From an uncultured Candidatus Rokubacteria bacterium (lineage in GTDB: Bacteria; Methylomirabilota; Methylomirabilia; Rokubacteriales; DASRDR01): a stretch of DNA of 64,000 nt. The notes beneath the pieces are model-generated. The model ran no database searches. It saw only the letters and a program-made list of their open reading frames with translations, and had not been told where the DNA came from. The first letter of the stretch is position 1; the number at the start of each line of letters is the position of its first letter. The stretch spans positions 256,172 to 320,171 of the forward strand of contig CAWEXD010000008.1 in assembly GCA_963812945.1 (NCBI GenBank), read 5' to 3'. Shown in pieces: positions 1 through 9,838 of the stretch. The position numbers were made by a program, and so were the translations under genes.

Positions 1-120
1 CAGCCGCTCCAGCTCCGCGTACACCTCGAAGGTGAGCGAGTTCAGCGTGTCGGGCCGGGTGAAGGTCACCGTCCCCACGCCCTCCTCGATCCGGTAGTCG
101 AAGCCCCTGTACGTGCTCAT
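1..120 (-). CDS. enoyl-CoA hydratase/isomerase family protein, N-terminal fragment; the gene runs off the left edge of the window
   Basis: The reverse complement of 1-120 reads MSTYRGFDYRIEEGVGTVTFTRPDTLNSLTFEVYAELERL, a typical crotonase-fold N-terminus. The ATG is at 120-118. Confidence 0.6.
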   Translation of the reverse strand, partial: MSTYRGFDYRIEEGVGTVTFTRPDTLNSLTFEVYAELERL

Positions 121-208
121 GTCCGGCCCGGTCTCTAGGCTACCCCGGGCTCTGCGGTCGTTGATGGGCCGGCCGTTGGACGGCCTTCGACCTGTGGCGG
201 CCTGTGGC

Positions 209-985
209 TCACGCCTGCACCGCGCCGCCGTCGACGTTCCAGGCCTGTCCCGTGACTCCGCGCGCCTCGTCGCTGGCCAGGAGCAGGGCCAGCGCCGCGA
301 CTTCCTCCGGCTCGATCAGCCGCTTCTGCGGCGAGAACGCGGCGAGCGTGCGGACCGCCTCGTCGAACCCGAGCCCCGTGCGCTCCTGGATGTTCCGCGC
401 CCCGGCCCACGTGAGCTCGGTCGCCACGTAGCCGGGGCAGATCGCGTTGACCGTCACGCCGGCCGTCACGACCTCCTGCGCGAGCGCGCGGGTCAACCCG
501 AGGAGACCGTGCTTCGAGGCCGCATAGGCGGCGACGTACGGGTACCCCTGGCGCGCGGCGATCGACGCGATGTTGACGATGCGGCCCCACCGCGCGGCCA
601 GCATGCCTGGCAGGACGGCGCGGCTCATCAGGAACGCCCCGGTCAGGTTCACGCGGAGGTGTCGCTCCCAGAGCGCGTCGTCCGTGTCCAGGAACTTCGC
701 CGACACCGCGATGCCCGCGTTGTTGACGAGGATCGCGACGGGCCCGAGCCCGTCCACGACCTGCCGCACGGCGTCGTCGACCTGCGCGCGCTCGGCGACG
801 TCGCAGGTCACGGCGAGCGCCTTGCGCCCGTGGCTCCGGATCTCCGCGGCGACGGCCTCGAGCTCGGCTCCCGTGCGCGCGGTCACGGCGACGTGCGCGC
901 CCTCGCGGGCGAAGGCGAGCGCAATTGCGCGACCGATGCCCCGGCCGCCGCCGGTGACGAGCGCCACCCGGTCCCGGAGCTTCAC
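209..985 (-). CDS. SDR-family short-chain dehydrogenase/reductase (FabG-like)
   Basis: 258 aa. It has the TGGGRGIGRAIA Rossmann motif, the NNAG motif and the YAASK catalytic pair. Confidence 0.9.
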   Translation of the reverse strand: MKLRDRVALVTGGGRGIGRAIALAFAREGAHVAVTARTGAELEAVAAEIRSHGRKALAVTCDVAERAQVDDAVRQVVDGLGPVAILVNNAGIAVSAKFLDTDDALWERHLRVNLTGAFLMSRAVLPGMLAARWGRIVNIASIAARQGYPYVAAYAASKHGLLGLTRALAQEVVTAGVTVNAICPGYVATELTWAGARNIQERTGLGFDEAVRTLAAFSPQKRLIEPEEVAALALLLASDEARGVTGQAWNVDGGAVQA

Positions 986-1146
986 GGCGCGCAGTATAGA
1001 CGCCGCCCGAGACCGGGGTCAACGAGCGGCGTCGCCTCGAGCGGGACCGGGCTTCGCCGGTTCGTCTTGACACCCGCAGGTTCGGGGTGACAGCGTAGCG
1101 ACAACGCGCGGGATTCGGGACGCTTCATCTCGACTCAGAGGCGGGC

Positions 1147-2124
1147 ATGAGAGTTCTGCGGTCCATCGTGACGGCCGGCGTTGCCCTTGCCGTTCTCGCG
1201 GCACCCATGGCCAGCGAAGGCCAGATGCACACGACCCGTGTTGGCCTTCTGGGGCCCGACGAAGAGCCCCGCTTCTCGGAGATCGGCCGTGGCCTGAGGC
1301 AAGGACTTCGGGAGCAGGGCCACGGGGACCACGCCATCGAGATCCTCGAGCGGCGCGTGCGCCGAGGCGACAGTGCGGGTGCTGAGGCGGCGGTCCGGGA
1401 GCTCGCCGCACAGCGAGCGTTGGTCATCCTGGCCGTCGGTTCGACGCTGGCCGAGATCGCTCGGCGTGCAGCGTCCACGATGCCAGTCGTGTTCGTCACG
1501 CCCGGTGATCCGGTGGCGGCCGGCCTGCTGGCGAGTCTGGCCCGTCCAGGCCGGAACATGACCGCGGTGACGTTCGAGTATCCCGAACTCTCGGGCAAGC
1601 GGCTCGAGTTGCTGACGGAGGTTCTTCCCCGGGCACGCCGGGTTCTGGTGCTGTACGATCCCCGCGACGTGTCCCCTCGTCAGAGTCTGGCCGCCGCGCG
1701 GGAGGCGGCCGCAAGACTCCGCATCACCCTGGTGGAACGCGAGGTTCGGACCGATGTCGACGTTGCGCGGGCCATGACCGAGCTCGATGAGGTCGACGGG
1801 CTCCTGGCCGTCCCGGGGGGCGTGACCTCGAGCCACTACGCGGCCATGATCCGAGCGGCGAACGTCAAGCTGCGTCCCACGGTCTTCCCCGCCGGCTCTG
1901 GTAGCACTCGGGAGGCCCTGATGACCTATGGCGCCGGTGATGCCGACGCGGCGCGGGAGGCGGCCCGGCTGGTAGGCAAGGTGCTGCGCGGAGCGAACGC
2001 CGGAGAGCTGCCGGTCGAGCGTCCAACCAGGATCACCCTGGTCGTGAACCTCAAGACGAGCAAGGCCCTCGGGCTCGCCATCCCGCCATCTGTGCTCGCG
2101 CGGGCGGATGAAGTGATCCGGTGA
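1147..2124 (+). CDS. ABC transporter substrate-binding protein (PF04392/COG2984 type)
   Basis: 325 aa with an N-terminal signal peptide. The C-terminal LVVNLKTSKALGLAIPPSVLARADEVI signature matches this family. A paralog lies at 38410-39432. Confidence 0.8.
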   Translation: MRVLRSIVTAGVALAVLAAPMASEGQMHTTRVGLLGPDEEPRFSEIGRGLRQGLREQGHGDHAIEILERRVRRGDSAGAEAAVRELAAQRALVILAVGSTLAEIARRAASTMPVVFVTPGDPVAAGLLASLARPGRNMTAVTFEYPELSGKRLELLTEVLPRARRVLVLYDPRDVSPRQSLAAAREAAARLRITLVEREVRTDVDVARAMTELDEVDGLLAVPGGVTSSHYAAMIRAANVKLRPTVFPAGSGSTREALMTYGAGDADAAREAARLVGKVLRGANAGELPVERPTRITLVVNLKTSKALGLAIPPSVLARADEVIR

Positions 2125-2173
2125 CCATGCGCATTGTGGCCGGTGACTCCTCCACCGATGCGAGGCTCGGGCG

Positions 2174-4426
2174 GTGAGGATCGTCTGCATCGGCGGCGGC
2201 CCCGCGGGGCTCTACTTCGCCGCCCTCATGAAGAAGGCCGACCCCGCGCACGACGTGACCGTCCTCGAGCGCAACCGGCCCGACGACACCTTCGGGTTCG
2301 GCGTCGTCTTCTCCGACGCGACGCTCGAGAACTTCGCGGAGGCCGACGGCGAGACCCATCAGGAGATCGTGCGGTCGTTCGCCCACTGGGACGACATCGA
2401 GATCCACTACGGCGGGGCCGTGGTGACCTCGGCCGGGCACGGCTTCGCCGGGATGTCCCGGCAAGGGCTCCTCGACCTCCTCCAGCGGCGCTGCAGCCAG
2501 CTGGGCGTGAAGCTCGAGTTCCAGGTCGAGGTCGCCGACCTCGCGCCCTACGCCGACGCGGACCTGATCCTGGCCGCCGACGGCGTGAACAGCACGGTTC
2601 GCGCGCGCCACGCGGCGGAGTTCCGCCCGCAGGTCGACTGGCGGCCGAACCGGTTCGTGTGGCTCGGCACCACGTACCCGTTCCCGGCCTTCACGTTCGT
2701 CTTCAAGGAGGACCGCCACGGGCTCTGGCGCGTCCACGCCTACCGGTACGCCCCGAACCTGTCGACCTTCATCCTCGAGACGACGGAAGAGACCTGGCGG
2801 CGGGCCGGGCTCCCGGACGCGTCCGAGGACGACACGGTGGCCTTCACGGAGCGGCTCTTCGCGGAGGAGCTCCACGGACATCCCGTTCTCAAGAACCGGT
2901 CCCTCTGGCGCAGCTTCCCGACGGTGCGCAACGAGCGCTGGTCGCACGGGAACGTCGTGCTCGTCGGAGACGCGGCCCACACGGTGCACTTCTCGGTCGG
3001 CTCGGGGACGAAGCTCGCCATGGAAGACGCCATCGCGCTCTCCAGGGCGCTCCGGCATGACACCGACATTCCCGCGGCCCTCGCCGCCTACGAGGCCGAG
3101 CGGCGCCGGGAGGTCGAGAGCCTCCAGCGAGCGGCCCAGGTCAGCCTCGAGTGGTTCGAGACGACCGAGCGCTACCGGCGGCTCGAGCCCATCCAGTTCG
3201 CGATGACCCACCTCACGCGCAGCTTTCGCGTCACCCACGAGAACCTCAAGGTGCGCGATCCGCGCTTCGTCGCGACCGTCGACCGCTGGTTTGCCGAGGG
3301 CGCGGCCCGCCAGAGCGGCGTGCCGGTGCCGGTGGCGCCGCCCCCGCCGCCGATGTTCACGCCGTTCCGGCTCCGGGATCTCGTCCTCTCGAATCGCATC
3401 GTGGTGTCGCCGATGTGCCAGTACTCGGCCGAGGACGGCACGCCCAACGACTGGCACCTCGTCCACCTCGGCAGCCGGGCCGCCGGCGGGGCCGCCCTCA
3501 TCGTCGCCGAGATGACCGACGTGAGCCGCGAGGGACGGATCAGCCCGGGCTGCACGGGCATGTACAAGCCCGAGCACGTCGACGCCTGGAAGCGCATCGT
3601 CGAGTTCGTGCACGGTCGCACCGGGGCGCGCATCGCCCTCCAGCTCGCCCACGCCGGGCGCAAGGGCTCGACGCGGCGGATGTGGGAGGGGATCGACGAG
3701 CCGCTTCCGGAAGGGAACTGGCCGCTCATCTCCGCTTCGCCGCTCCCGTACTTCCCGCACAGCCAGGTCCCCCGGGAGATGGACCGGCGCGACATGGACG
3801 TGGTCCGTGACCAGTTCGTCCAGGCGGCCCGGATGGCCGACGCGGCGGGATTCGACATGCTGGAGCTCCACATGGCGCACGGCTACCTTCTGGCGAGCTT
3901 CGTCTCGCCCCTCACGAACGTGCGGGCGGACGAGTACGGGGGGGCCCTCGAGCGGCGCATGCGCTATCCGCTCGAGGTGCTCGCCGCCGTGCGGGCGGCC
4001 TGGCCGGCGGAGAAGCCGATCTCGGTCAAGATCTCGGCGACGGACTGGGCCCTGGGGGGCACGAGCGGCGACGACGCCGTCCGCATCGCGGCGATGCTGA
4101 GGGCGCATGGCTGCGACATCGTCACGGTCTCGACCGGCCAGACGGTGGCCGACCAGCAGCCGGTGTACGGGCGGCTCTACCAGACCCCGTTCAGCGACCG
4201 GATCCGCCACGAGGCGGGCATTCCGACCATGACCGTCGGGAACCTCTCGACGTACGCGGACGCGAACTCGATTTTGACCGCCGGCCGGGCGGACCTCTGC
4301 GTGCTCGCCCGCGGCCACCTGTACGACCCGTACTGGACACATCACGCCGCGCGGGAACAGGGCTACGATCTCGCCTGGCCCTCCCAGTACGTGTCCGTCA
4401 CGAGCTACACCCCACGGCAGCGCTAG
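2174..4426 (+). CDS. bifunctional FAD-dependent aromatic-CoA hydroxylase / Old Yellow Enzyme oxidoreductase (salicylyl-CoA 5-hydroxylase-like fusion)
   Basis: 750 aa with a GTG start. The N-terminal half has a VCIGGGPAG FAD fold and an hydroxylase GDAAH motif. The C-terminal half is an OYE TIM barrel with VVSPMCQYSA and a HMAHGYLL-type motif. Confidence 0.8.
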   Translation: MRIVCIGGGPAGLYFAALMKKADPAHDVTVLERNRPDDTFGFGVVFSDATLENFAEADGETHQEIVRSFAHWDDIEIHYGGAVVTSAGHGFAGMSRQGLLDLLQRRCSQLGVKLEFQVEVADLAPYADADLILAADGVNSTVRARHAAEFRPQVDWRPNRFVWLGTTYPFPAFTFVFKEDRHGLWRVHAYRYAPNLSTFILETTEETWRRAGLPDASEDDTVAFTERLFAEELHGHPVLKNRSLWRSFPTVRNERWSHGNVVLVGDAAHTVHFSVGSGTKLAMEDAIALSRALRHDTDIPAALAAYEAERRREVESLQRAAQVSLEWFETTERYRRLEPIQFAMTHLTRSFRVTHENLKVRDPRFVATVDRWFAEGAARQSGVPVPVAPPPPPMFTPFRLRDLVLSNRIVVSPMCQYSAEDGTPNDWHLVHLGSRAAGGAALIVAEMTDVSREGRISPGCTGMYKPEHVDAWKRIVEFVHGRTGARIALQLAHAGRKGSTRRMWEGIDEPLPEGNWPLISASPLPYFPHSQVPREMDRRDMDVVRDQFVQAARMADAAGFDMLELHMAHGYLLASFVSPLTNVRADEYGGALERRMRYPLEVLAAVRAAWPAEKPISVKISATDWALGGTSGDDAVRIAAMLRAHGCDIVTVSTGQTVADQQPVYGRLYQTPFSDRIRHEAGIPTMTVGNLSTYADANSILTAGRADLCVLARGHLYDPYWTHHAAREQGYDLAWPSQYVSVTSYTPRQR

Positions 4427-4503
4427 ACCCCGCGCCGACCCCCGCCGCGCCGCCCGCGTCCCGCTGGCTCGTCGTCGGGGCCCTTCTGGGGCTTGCCGCC
4501 GTC

Positions 4504-7125
4504 GTGCGCGTGTCGGCGATGTTCTACCACCACATCTCGGGGGACGACGCCACGGTCGGCCTGATGGCGAGGCACATCCTCAGCGGCGAGAACCTGCCGG
4601 TGTTCTTCTACCGGCAGGCGTTCATCGGGTCGCTCAACGGCGCTCATCTGGTGCCGGCGCTGTTCCTCTTTGGACCCTCGGTTCCATTTCTTCCGCTCAG
4701 CGCGATCGCCTGGTCTCTCCTGTTCCCCCTGTTGCTCTACCTTCTGGGCCGGCGGGTCTTCGACGAGACCACGGCCCGCTTGACACTGCTCCTCGCGGCG
4801 GTGCCGCCCTTCTGCCTGACGTACTGGAGCGCCATCCAAGGTCATTTCGAGACCAACACGCTCGGCACGATCCTCCTCCTGCTCACGCTCCCGATCCTCG
4901 TCGGGTGCCCCGAACCCCGACGGACCCGTCTCATGGTCTGTCTGGGATTCGTCGCGGGGCTTGCCTTATGGACGAGCGTGAAGGTGGTGGTCGTGCTCGG
5001 GCCGATCCTCCTGCTCCTGCTGGTCCGGGATCCGCTCATGCTCGTCCGTCGCGGCGCATTGCTGGCGGGCGCGACGTTCTTTCTTGGCAGCCTTCCCGCG
5101 TGGCTCTTCTACGCGAGTCAGCCGGACCCAGGGCGGGGCAATCTCGGCTCCGCCCGCCGATTCCTCGTCGCGAGCCTGGATCTCACGTGGGCGGGGCTGT
5201 CGCGCTTCCTCGTCGAGGTTCCCCCGCTCCTCGTCGCGACGTACTACTGGGCCCCGGACACCCCCGCGCGGTTCGCGGCGCTGATCGTGTGCGTTGGCGT
5301 GTACCTGGCCGCGATCGCGCTCGTGGCGGTAGAGACGGTTCGCGGATGCCGTACGCTGTCAGCCCGCCGGGTGTGGGGATTCTGGCTCCTCGCCCTGACG
5401 CTCGTCTCGACCTACGCCGCGCTGTATGTTTCCGAGTTCAACCGATTCGGCGGCCAGTCGCGCGCCCGTTACGTCCTGCCGGCGTACATCCCCCTCCTCC
5501 TGTTCGTGGGGGCGGCGATCGTCTGGCTGTCGCGGCGGTCGCGATCCGCCGCGGGAGCGGTGCTCGCGTTCGTCCTGGCCTTCAATGTCTGGACCAATCT
5601 CGGGTTTCTGTGGCCCTTGCAGCCGGTCGAGCGAGCGCAGCGCGAGAGTGTGATCGCCAACCGGGATGCCCTCGTTCGTCGTCTCCGCGCCTTCGGCGGT
5701 GACGCGGTCCTCGTGGACAACCTCTACGAGAGCATCATCTGGCAGTTCCTCGTGCCCCGGCCCCCGGTGTCGGCCCTCGCGACGGAGATCTACTACCCGT
5801 CGGCGGTCAGGGCCGACGCCGGCGAGCGCGTGGCCATCGTCGCCTCGGTCTCGGATCCCCTTGAGACCCAGCTCCGGGCGCTCGGCGCCACGGCCACGGC
5901 CGAGCGAATCGGCGCGTGGTGGTTCTACGACGACGTTCGTGTCCCGCGTCCCAGGTACCGCCTCGTGCCCCGGACAGGCTGGCGGACCCTCGGCGAGACT
6001 GGCGCGCCCCCCGCCGCCGCGGACGGTGACCTGGGCACCGCGTGGCCGGCGCGACGGCTCGACGCCTCGGAGGCGGGCGCGCTCGTGCTCGATCTCGGCG
6101 CACCGCGGGCGGTGGCGCGCGTGGTGTTCTGGCCCACGGCGCTGACCGATCTGATCGTGCCCCTCGAGATCGAGGGCTCGGGGGACGCGGTGACCTGGGA
6201 GCGGTTGGGCGTGGCACCCGAGCGCGTCGGGCGTCCGGCGTTCGTCGTCGGTGACCGCCCGGTATTCCGCTCTCGCAACGGCTGGCTCGAGCTGGTCACC
6301 GTCCCGCGGTTCGTCCGCTATCTGCGCGTCCGCCCGGTGGCGCGGGGTCCGGTGGGCGTCGGCATGGTCGGGGAGCTGTTCGTCTACGAAGCGCTCGACG
6401 GACCCGCGAGCGACGGAGTGGAGCTGGACGAGCTGCTCGGCGTCCTGCGCGCCCGCGGGGTGGCGCGGCTCTTGGCCGATCCGGTCATCTCGGCGCGGGT
6501 GGCTCTGGCGACCAGAAGAGAGGTCGCCACCGTGCCGGCCAACGGGGTGCTCAACAACCACGGGCTTTCGCCGCCCGTGCATCTGTTCGCGCGCCCGCGG
6601 CTCCGAGAGACGGACGCCGCGCTCGTGGCTGCCGAGGACGCGGGCGAGCTACGCGAGCGGCTCGACTCGGCGGGCGTGGCCTTCGCCTCCGAGCCTGTCG
6701 GGACCCGCGTGCTGTTCCAGCTGGTCGGCCCGCTGCCGACATCGACCCCCTGTCGGGGGACGGAATGGCGCCTGACCGCCGAGGCGCCTGACCCGGACGG
6801 TCGGGGCACCCGGTACGTCGTCGAGGGGCGCCTGGCCGCGCCCACCCGCCTCGCGACGGTCCGCCTCGAGCATCCCTGGGTGTCGACCCGGCATGCGTCG
6901 ATCGTCAGACTCGAGATGTCGGATGACGGGCGCGCCTGGCGGGCCGTGGACGGCCGGCGGCGCGCGGTGGAGTGGGCGTGGGCCGGGCGGACGCTCTTCG
7001 CCTTCTCCGCGGGCGCGACGGAGCTGGTCGTGGACGACGCGCCCGCGCGCGAGGTACGCGTGGAGGTCCGCCTCCCCTATCGGGGCCCGGAGGCGATCAC
7101 GGGCCTGTGCGTGCGGCGCCGCTGA
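4504..7125 (+). CDS. membrane GT-C family glycosyltransferase (PMT/ArnT-like, GT39-type) fused to two F5/8 type C (discoidin) domains
   Basis: 873 aa. The N-terminal ~400 aa has ~10 predicted TM helices and a YHHISGDDATVGLMARHIL-type motif. The C-terminal half has two discoidin-like modules. The GTG start is uncertain because an in-frame TM-like sequence continues upstream with no canonical start. Confidence 0.65.
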   Translation: MRVSAMFYHHISGDDATVGLMARHILSGENLPVFFYRQAFIGSLNGAHLVPALFLFGPSVPFLPLSAIAWSLLFPLLLYLLGRRVFDETTARLTLLLAAVPPFCLTYWSAIQGHFETNTLGTILLLLTLPILVGCPEPRRTRLMVCLGFVAGLALWTSVKVVVVLGPILLLLLVRDPLMLVRRGALLAGATFFLGSLPAWLFYASQPDPGRGNLGSARRFLVASLDLTWAGLSRFLVEVPPLLVATYYWAPDTPARFAALIVCVGVYLAAIALVAVETVRGCRTLSARRVWGFWLLALTLVSTYAALYVSEFNRFGGQSRARYVLPAYIPLLLFVGAAIVWLSRRSRSAAGAVLAFVLAFNVWTNLGFLWPLQPVERAQRESVIANRDALVRRLRAFGGDAVLVDNLYESIIWQFLVPRPPVSALATEIYYPSAVRADAGERVAIVASVSDPLETQLRALGATATAERIGAWWFYDDVRVPRPRYRLVPRTGWRTLGETGAPPAAADGDLGTAWPARRLDASEAGALVLDLGAPRAVARVVFWPTALTDLIVPLEIEGSGDAVTWERLGVAPERVGRPAFVVGDRPVFRSRNGWLELVTVPRFVRYLRVRPVARGPVGVGMVGELFVYEALDGPASDGVELDELLGVLRARGVARLLADPVISARVALATRREVATVPANGVLNNHGLSPPVHLFARPRLRETDAALVAAEDAGELRERLDSAGVAFASEPVGTRVLFQLVGPLPTSTPCRGTEWRLTAEAPDPDGRGTRYVVEGRLAAPTRLATVRLEHPWVSTRHASIVRLEMSDDGRAWRAVDGRRRAVEWAWAGRTLFAFSAGATELVVDDAPAREVRVEVRLPYRGPEAITGLCVRRR

Positions 7126-7136
7126 GCTGGCGCCGG

Positions 7137-8426
7137 TCAGGCCGCGGGAGCCTGGCCGCGGCTGACCCAGTACCGGTCGGGGCGGCGGGCCACGCGCGCG
7201 GCCAGGAGCCGGGTCGCGCGCTCCGCGTCGCCGGCCCGGAAGCAGGCCTCCAGCAGCGTGTCGTGAAAGACGTCGCGCTGGGCCCGGCTGCCGCCGAGCT
7301 GGACGATCCGCGGCCCGAGGGGCTCGATCCGGTCGATCGCCGTCCGGTACTCCTCGCGCGCGAACGCCTGCAGGCCCTCGATCAGGGGGATCAGCACTCC
7401 GGCCACGAGCGCCGTAGGATCCTTGGCCACGCGCTGCCTCAGCATGTCTATCTGGGTGTCCGCCGTGGCCCAGTCCCCGGCTCCCGCGAGCGCCATGGTC
7501 AGGTGGGCGGCGTGGAAGAGGAGACCCTGGCGGTCGAGGCGCTCCCGCGCGATCGCGGCGAACGGGCGCCACCGCGCGGCCCCGACGGTCAGTCCCAGGA
7601 GATCCTGCCGCCAGAGGAGCGCGATCGAGTCGTGGAGGTCGCCGGCGATCGCCGAGGGCGCCCGCTCGAACGCCGCGCGCGAGATCCGGACGGCGCGCGC
7701 GTAGTCCCCGCGCGAGAGGTGCAGCAGCGCCAGGTGCCAGACGAGGTGGTTGCGGAACCAGTTGAGGTGCTGGCAGGGATGGATCGCGGGGGGAAGGCGG
7801 TCCACGCCGTCGTCGAATGCCGCAAGCTCGTAGAGCGCGTGGGCGAGCGCGTGGACCGCCCAGGCATCCCGGGGGTTGCGCGCCATCGCGGTCTCCGCCG
7901 CCTGCACGGCTTCCCGGCAGCGGTCCGCCTGCTCGAGCACGAACGCGTGGAGCCCCAGGACGAAGGAGTCGTCGCCGTGGTGCGGGAGCACGCGGGTCGT
8001 CAAGCCGAGCATCTCGGGAAAGCGACCCTGCCAGAACCAGACGAAGTAGAGGCGCTGGAGGACGACCACGTCGCGCGGCCAGGTCTCGAGGTGCTCCGTC
8101 ATCGCGCGCTCCGCATCCGCGGGGCGGCCACCGACCAAAAGGGCCACGGCCTCGACGTGACCGCGCTCGCGCGCCGTCTGGCCGGCCGCGGCCACGCGGG
8201 CGGTCTCCGCCGCGGCCCGTGCCTCTCCGAAGCGCTCCTCGAGGAAGAGGCACACGGCGGCCCCGGCGTGGGCGAGGGCGAGGCCGGGGTCGAGCGCCGC
8301 GGCCTGGCGGAACGCCTCGAGGGCGCCCCGGCCCCAGCTGAGGAGCTCACGCACTCCCTCGTCGTAGCGATCCAGCGCCGCAGGGACGGCCGTGGTGGCG
8401 GGCAGGCCGTAGGCGTCGGCGCGCAT
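7137..8426 (-). CDS. tetratricopeptide-repeat protein, TTC38 family
   Basis: 429 aa of helical-repeat protein. Its length and motifs resemble bacterial TTC38 homologues. It is convergent with the gene ending at 7125. Confidence 0.6.
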   Translation of the reverse strand: MRADAYGLPATTAVPAALDRYDEGVRELLSWGRGALEAFRQAAALDPGLALAHAGAAVCLFLEERFGEARAAAETARVAAAGQTARERGHVEAVALLVGGRPADAERAMTEHLETWPRDVVVLQRLYFVWFWQGRFPEMLGLTTRVLPHHGDDSFVLGLHAFVLEQADRCREAVQAAETAMARNPRDAWAVHALAHALYELAAFDDGVDRLPPAIHPCQHLNWFRNHLVWHLALLHLSRGDYARAVRISRAAFERAPSAIAGDLHDSIALLWRQDLLGLTVGAARWRPFAAIARERLDRQGLLFHAAHLTMALAGAGDWATADTQIDMLRQRVAKDPTALVAGVLIPLIEGLQAFAREEYRTAIDRIEPLGPRIVQLGGSRAQRDVFHDTLLEACFRAGDAERATRLLAARVARRPDRYWVSRGQAPAA

Positions 8427-8469
8427 CAGGGGATCGCCTGCTGGTCCCTGGCGATCGGAGCGGCGCCTG

Positions 8470-9624
8470 TCAAAGCCCGGGCTCGTCGAGGCGGCCCAGC
8501 CAGGCTCCCGCCACCATGTTTCGCATCATCTGCACCGTCCCGCCCGCGATGGTGAACATGCGCGCGTCGCGGACCATCCGCTCGAGCGGGAGATCCCGCG
8601 AGTAGCCGCTCGCGCCGAAGATCTGGAGGGCGTCGTTGGTGACCCGCACGGCCGTCTCGCTGGCCAGCGTCTTGGCCATCGCGGCCTCGATCATGTCCGG
8701 GAGCCCGTGCCCGGCGTTGGCCGCCGCGCGGTAGACGAGCTGTCGCGCGGCCTCCACCTGGAGCGCCATGTCCGCGACCATCCAGCGCAGCCCCTGGAAG
8801 TGCCCGATGGGTCGCCCGAACTGCTCGCGCTCCCCGGCGTACCGGACGGCGGCCTCGAGCGCCCCCTGGGCGAGGCCGAGCGCCACCGTCGCGGCGCCGA
8901 GGCGCTGGCCGTTGTAGGCGACCATGAGCCGCTTGAAGCCGCCCGCGGGGAGGAGCAGGTTGTCCCGCGGGACCCGGCAGCGGTCGAAGACGACCTCGCC
9001 TTCCGGGATGCCGCGCATCCCCATCGCCCGCTCGCGTCGAGTGACGGCCAGGCCCGGGGTGTCCGCCTCGACGATCAGGGCGCCGATCCCCTCCGGTCCC
9101 GGGACGCCGTCGAACCGGCAGAAGACCACGTATGTTTGCGAGACGCCCGCCCCCGTGATCCACCGCTTCGTCCCGGTGAGCAGCCACGCGTCGCCACTCG
9201 GCTCGGCGGTGGTCTCGAGGTCGGAGGCGGCCGAGCCGGCGCCCGGCTCGGTGATGGCGATGGCTGGCTTGTCGCCCTGGACCACTCGCGGCAGGTACTT
9301 CCGCTTCTGCGCCTCGGAGCCGTACTCGACGATCGCACCGACGGCACCCAGGTTCGAGTCGACGAGGATCCGCCCCGTCACGCCGCAGACGCGCGCCACC
9401 TGCTCGATCGCCAGGACGAGGTCGAGGAGCGCTTTGCCCTGGCCGCCGTAGGCGGGGGGGATGGTCATGCCCATGAGCCCTGCCTCGACGAGCTGCTTCA
9501 CGTTGTCCCAGGGGTACTCCTCGCGCTCGTCCCAGCGCGCCGCGCGCTCGCGGAACTCGCGATCGGCGAGGGCCCGGGCCCGCGCCCGGATCTCCTCCTG
9601 CTCCGCCGTCAGCGGGAACCGCAT
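8470..9624 (-). CDS. acyl-CoA dehydrogenase
   Basis: 384 aa with a canonical ACAD fold (GMTIPPAYGG, TEPGAGSD, and a C-terminal catalytic base region). Confidence 0.9.
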   Translation of the reverse strand: MRFPLTAEQEEIRARARALADREFRERAARWDEREEYPWDNVKQLVEAGLMGMTIPPAYGGQGKALLDLVLAIEQVARVCGVTGRILVDSNLGAVGAIVEYGSEAQKRKYLPRVVQGDKPAIAITEPGAGSAASDLETTAEPSGDAWLLTGTKRWITGAGVSQTYVVFCRFDGVPGPEGIGALIVEADTPGLAVTRRERAMGMRGIPEGEVVFDRCRVPRDNLLLPAGGFKRLMVAYNGQRLGAATVALGLAQGALEAAVRYAGEREQFGRPIGHFQGLRWMVADMALQVEAARQLVYRAAANAGHGLPDMIEAAMAKTLASETAVRVTNDALQIFGASGYSRDLPLERMVRDARMFTIAGGTVQMMRNMVAGAWLGRLDEPGL

Positions 9625-9838
9625 GGGCCCTCCTCGACGCGCCGGCCGGCGCGCCCGATCACAGGCGCGACTCTAGGGCCGGCGGCGGGGACGGTCAAGC
9701 CGGTGGACGGTTCGGAAGCGTTGCGTCACGATTGAGAAAGGGCGCCGGGCCCGCCCCACGGGGAACGTGGTGGCGGGGCCGGACGTTCCAGGAGAGAGGA
9801 CTCCCACGCGCTCGGAAGGGAGTCCGGTCGGAGGGCAC

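Noticed and set aside
135-1073. 312-aa minus-strand ORF and several other long Arg/Pro/Gly-rich ORFs (e.g. 1135-2190, 2051-4345, 5359-6582, 6649-8253, 10354-12543, 22416-25280, 35898-38447, 38938-41058, 42456-44165)
   Set aside because: These are shadow ORFs on the opposite strand or in alternative frames of well-supported genes. They are typical of 70% GC DNA. Their translations are low-complexity and RGP-rich with no recognisable motifs.
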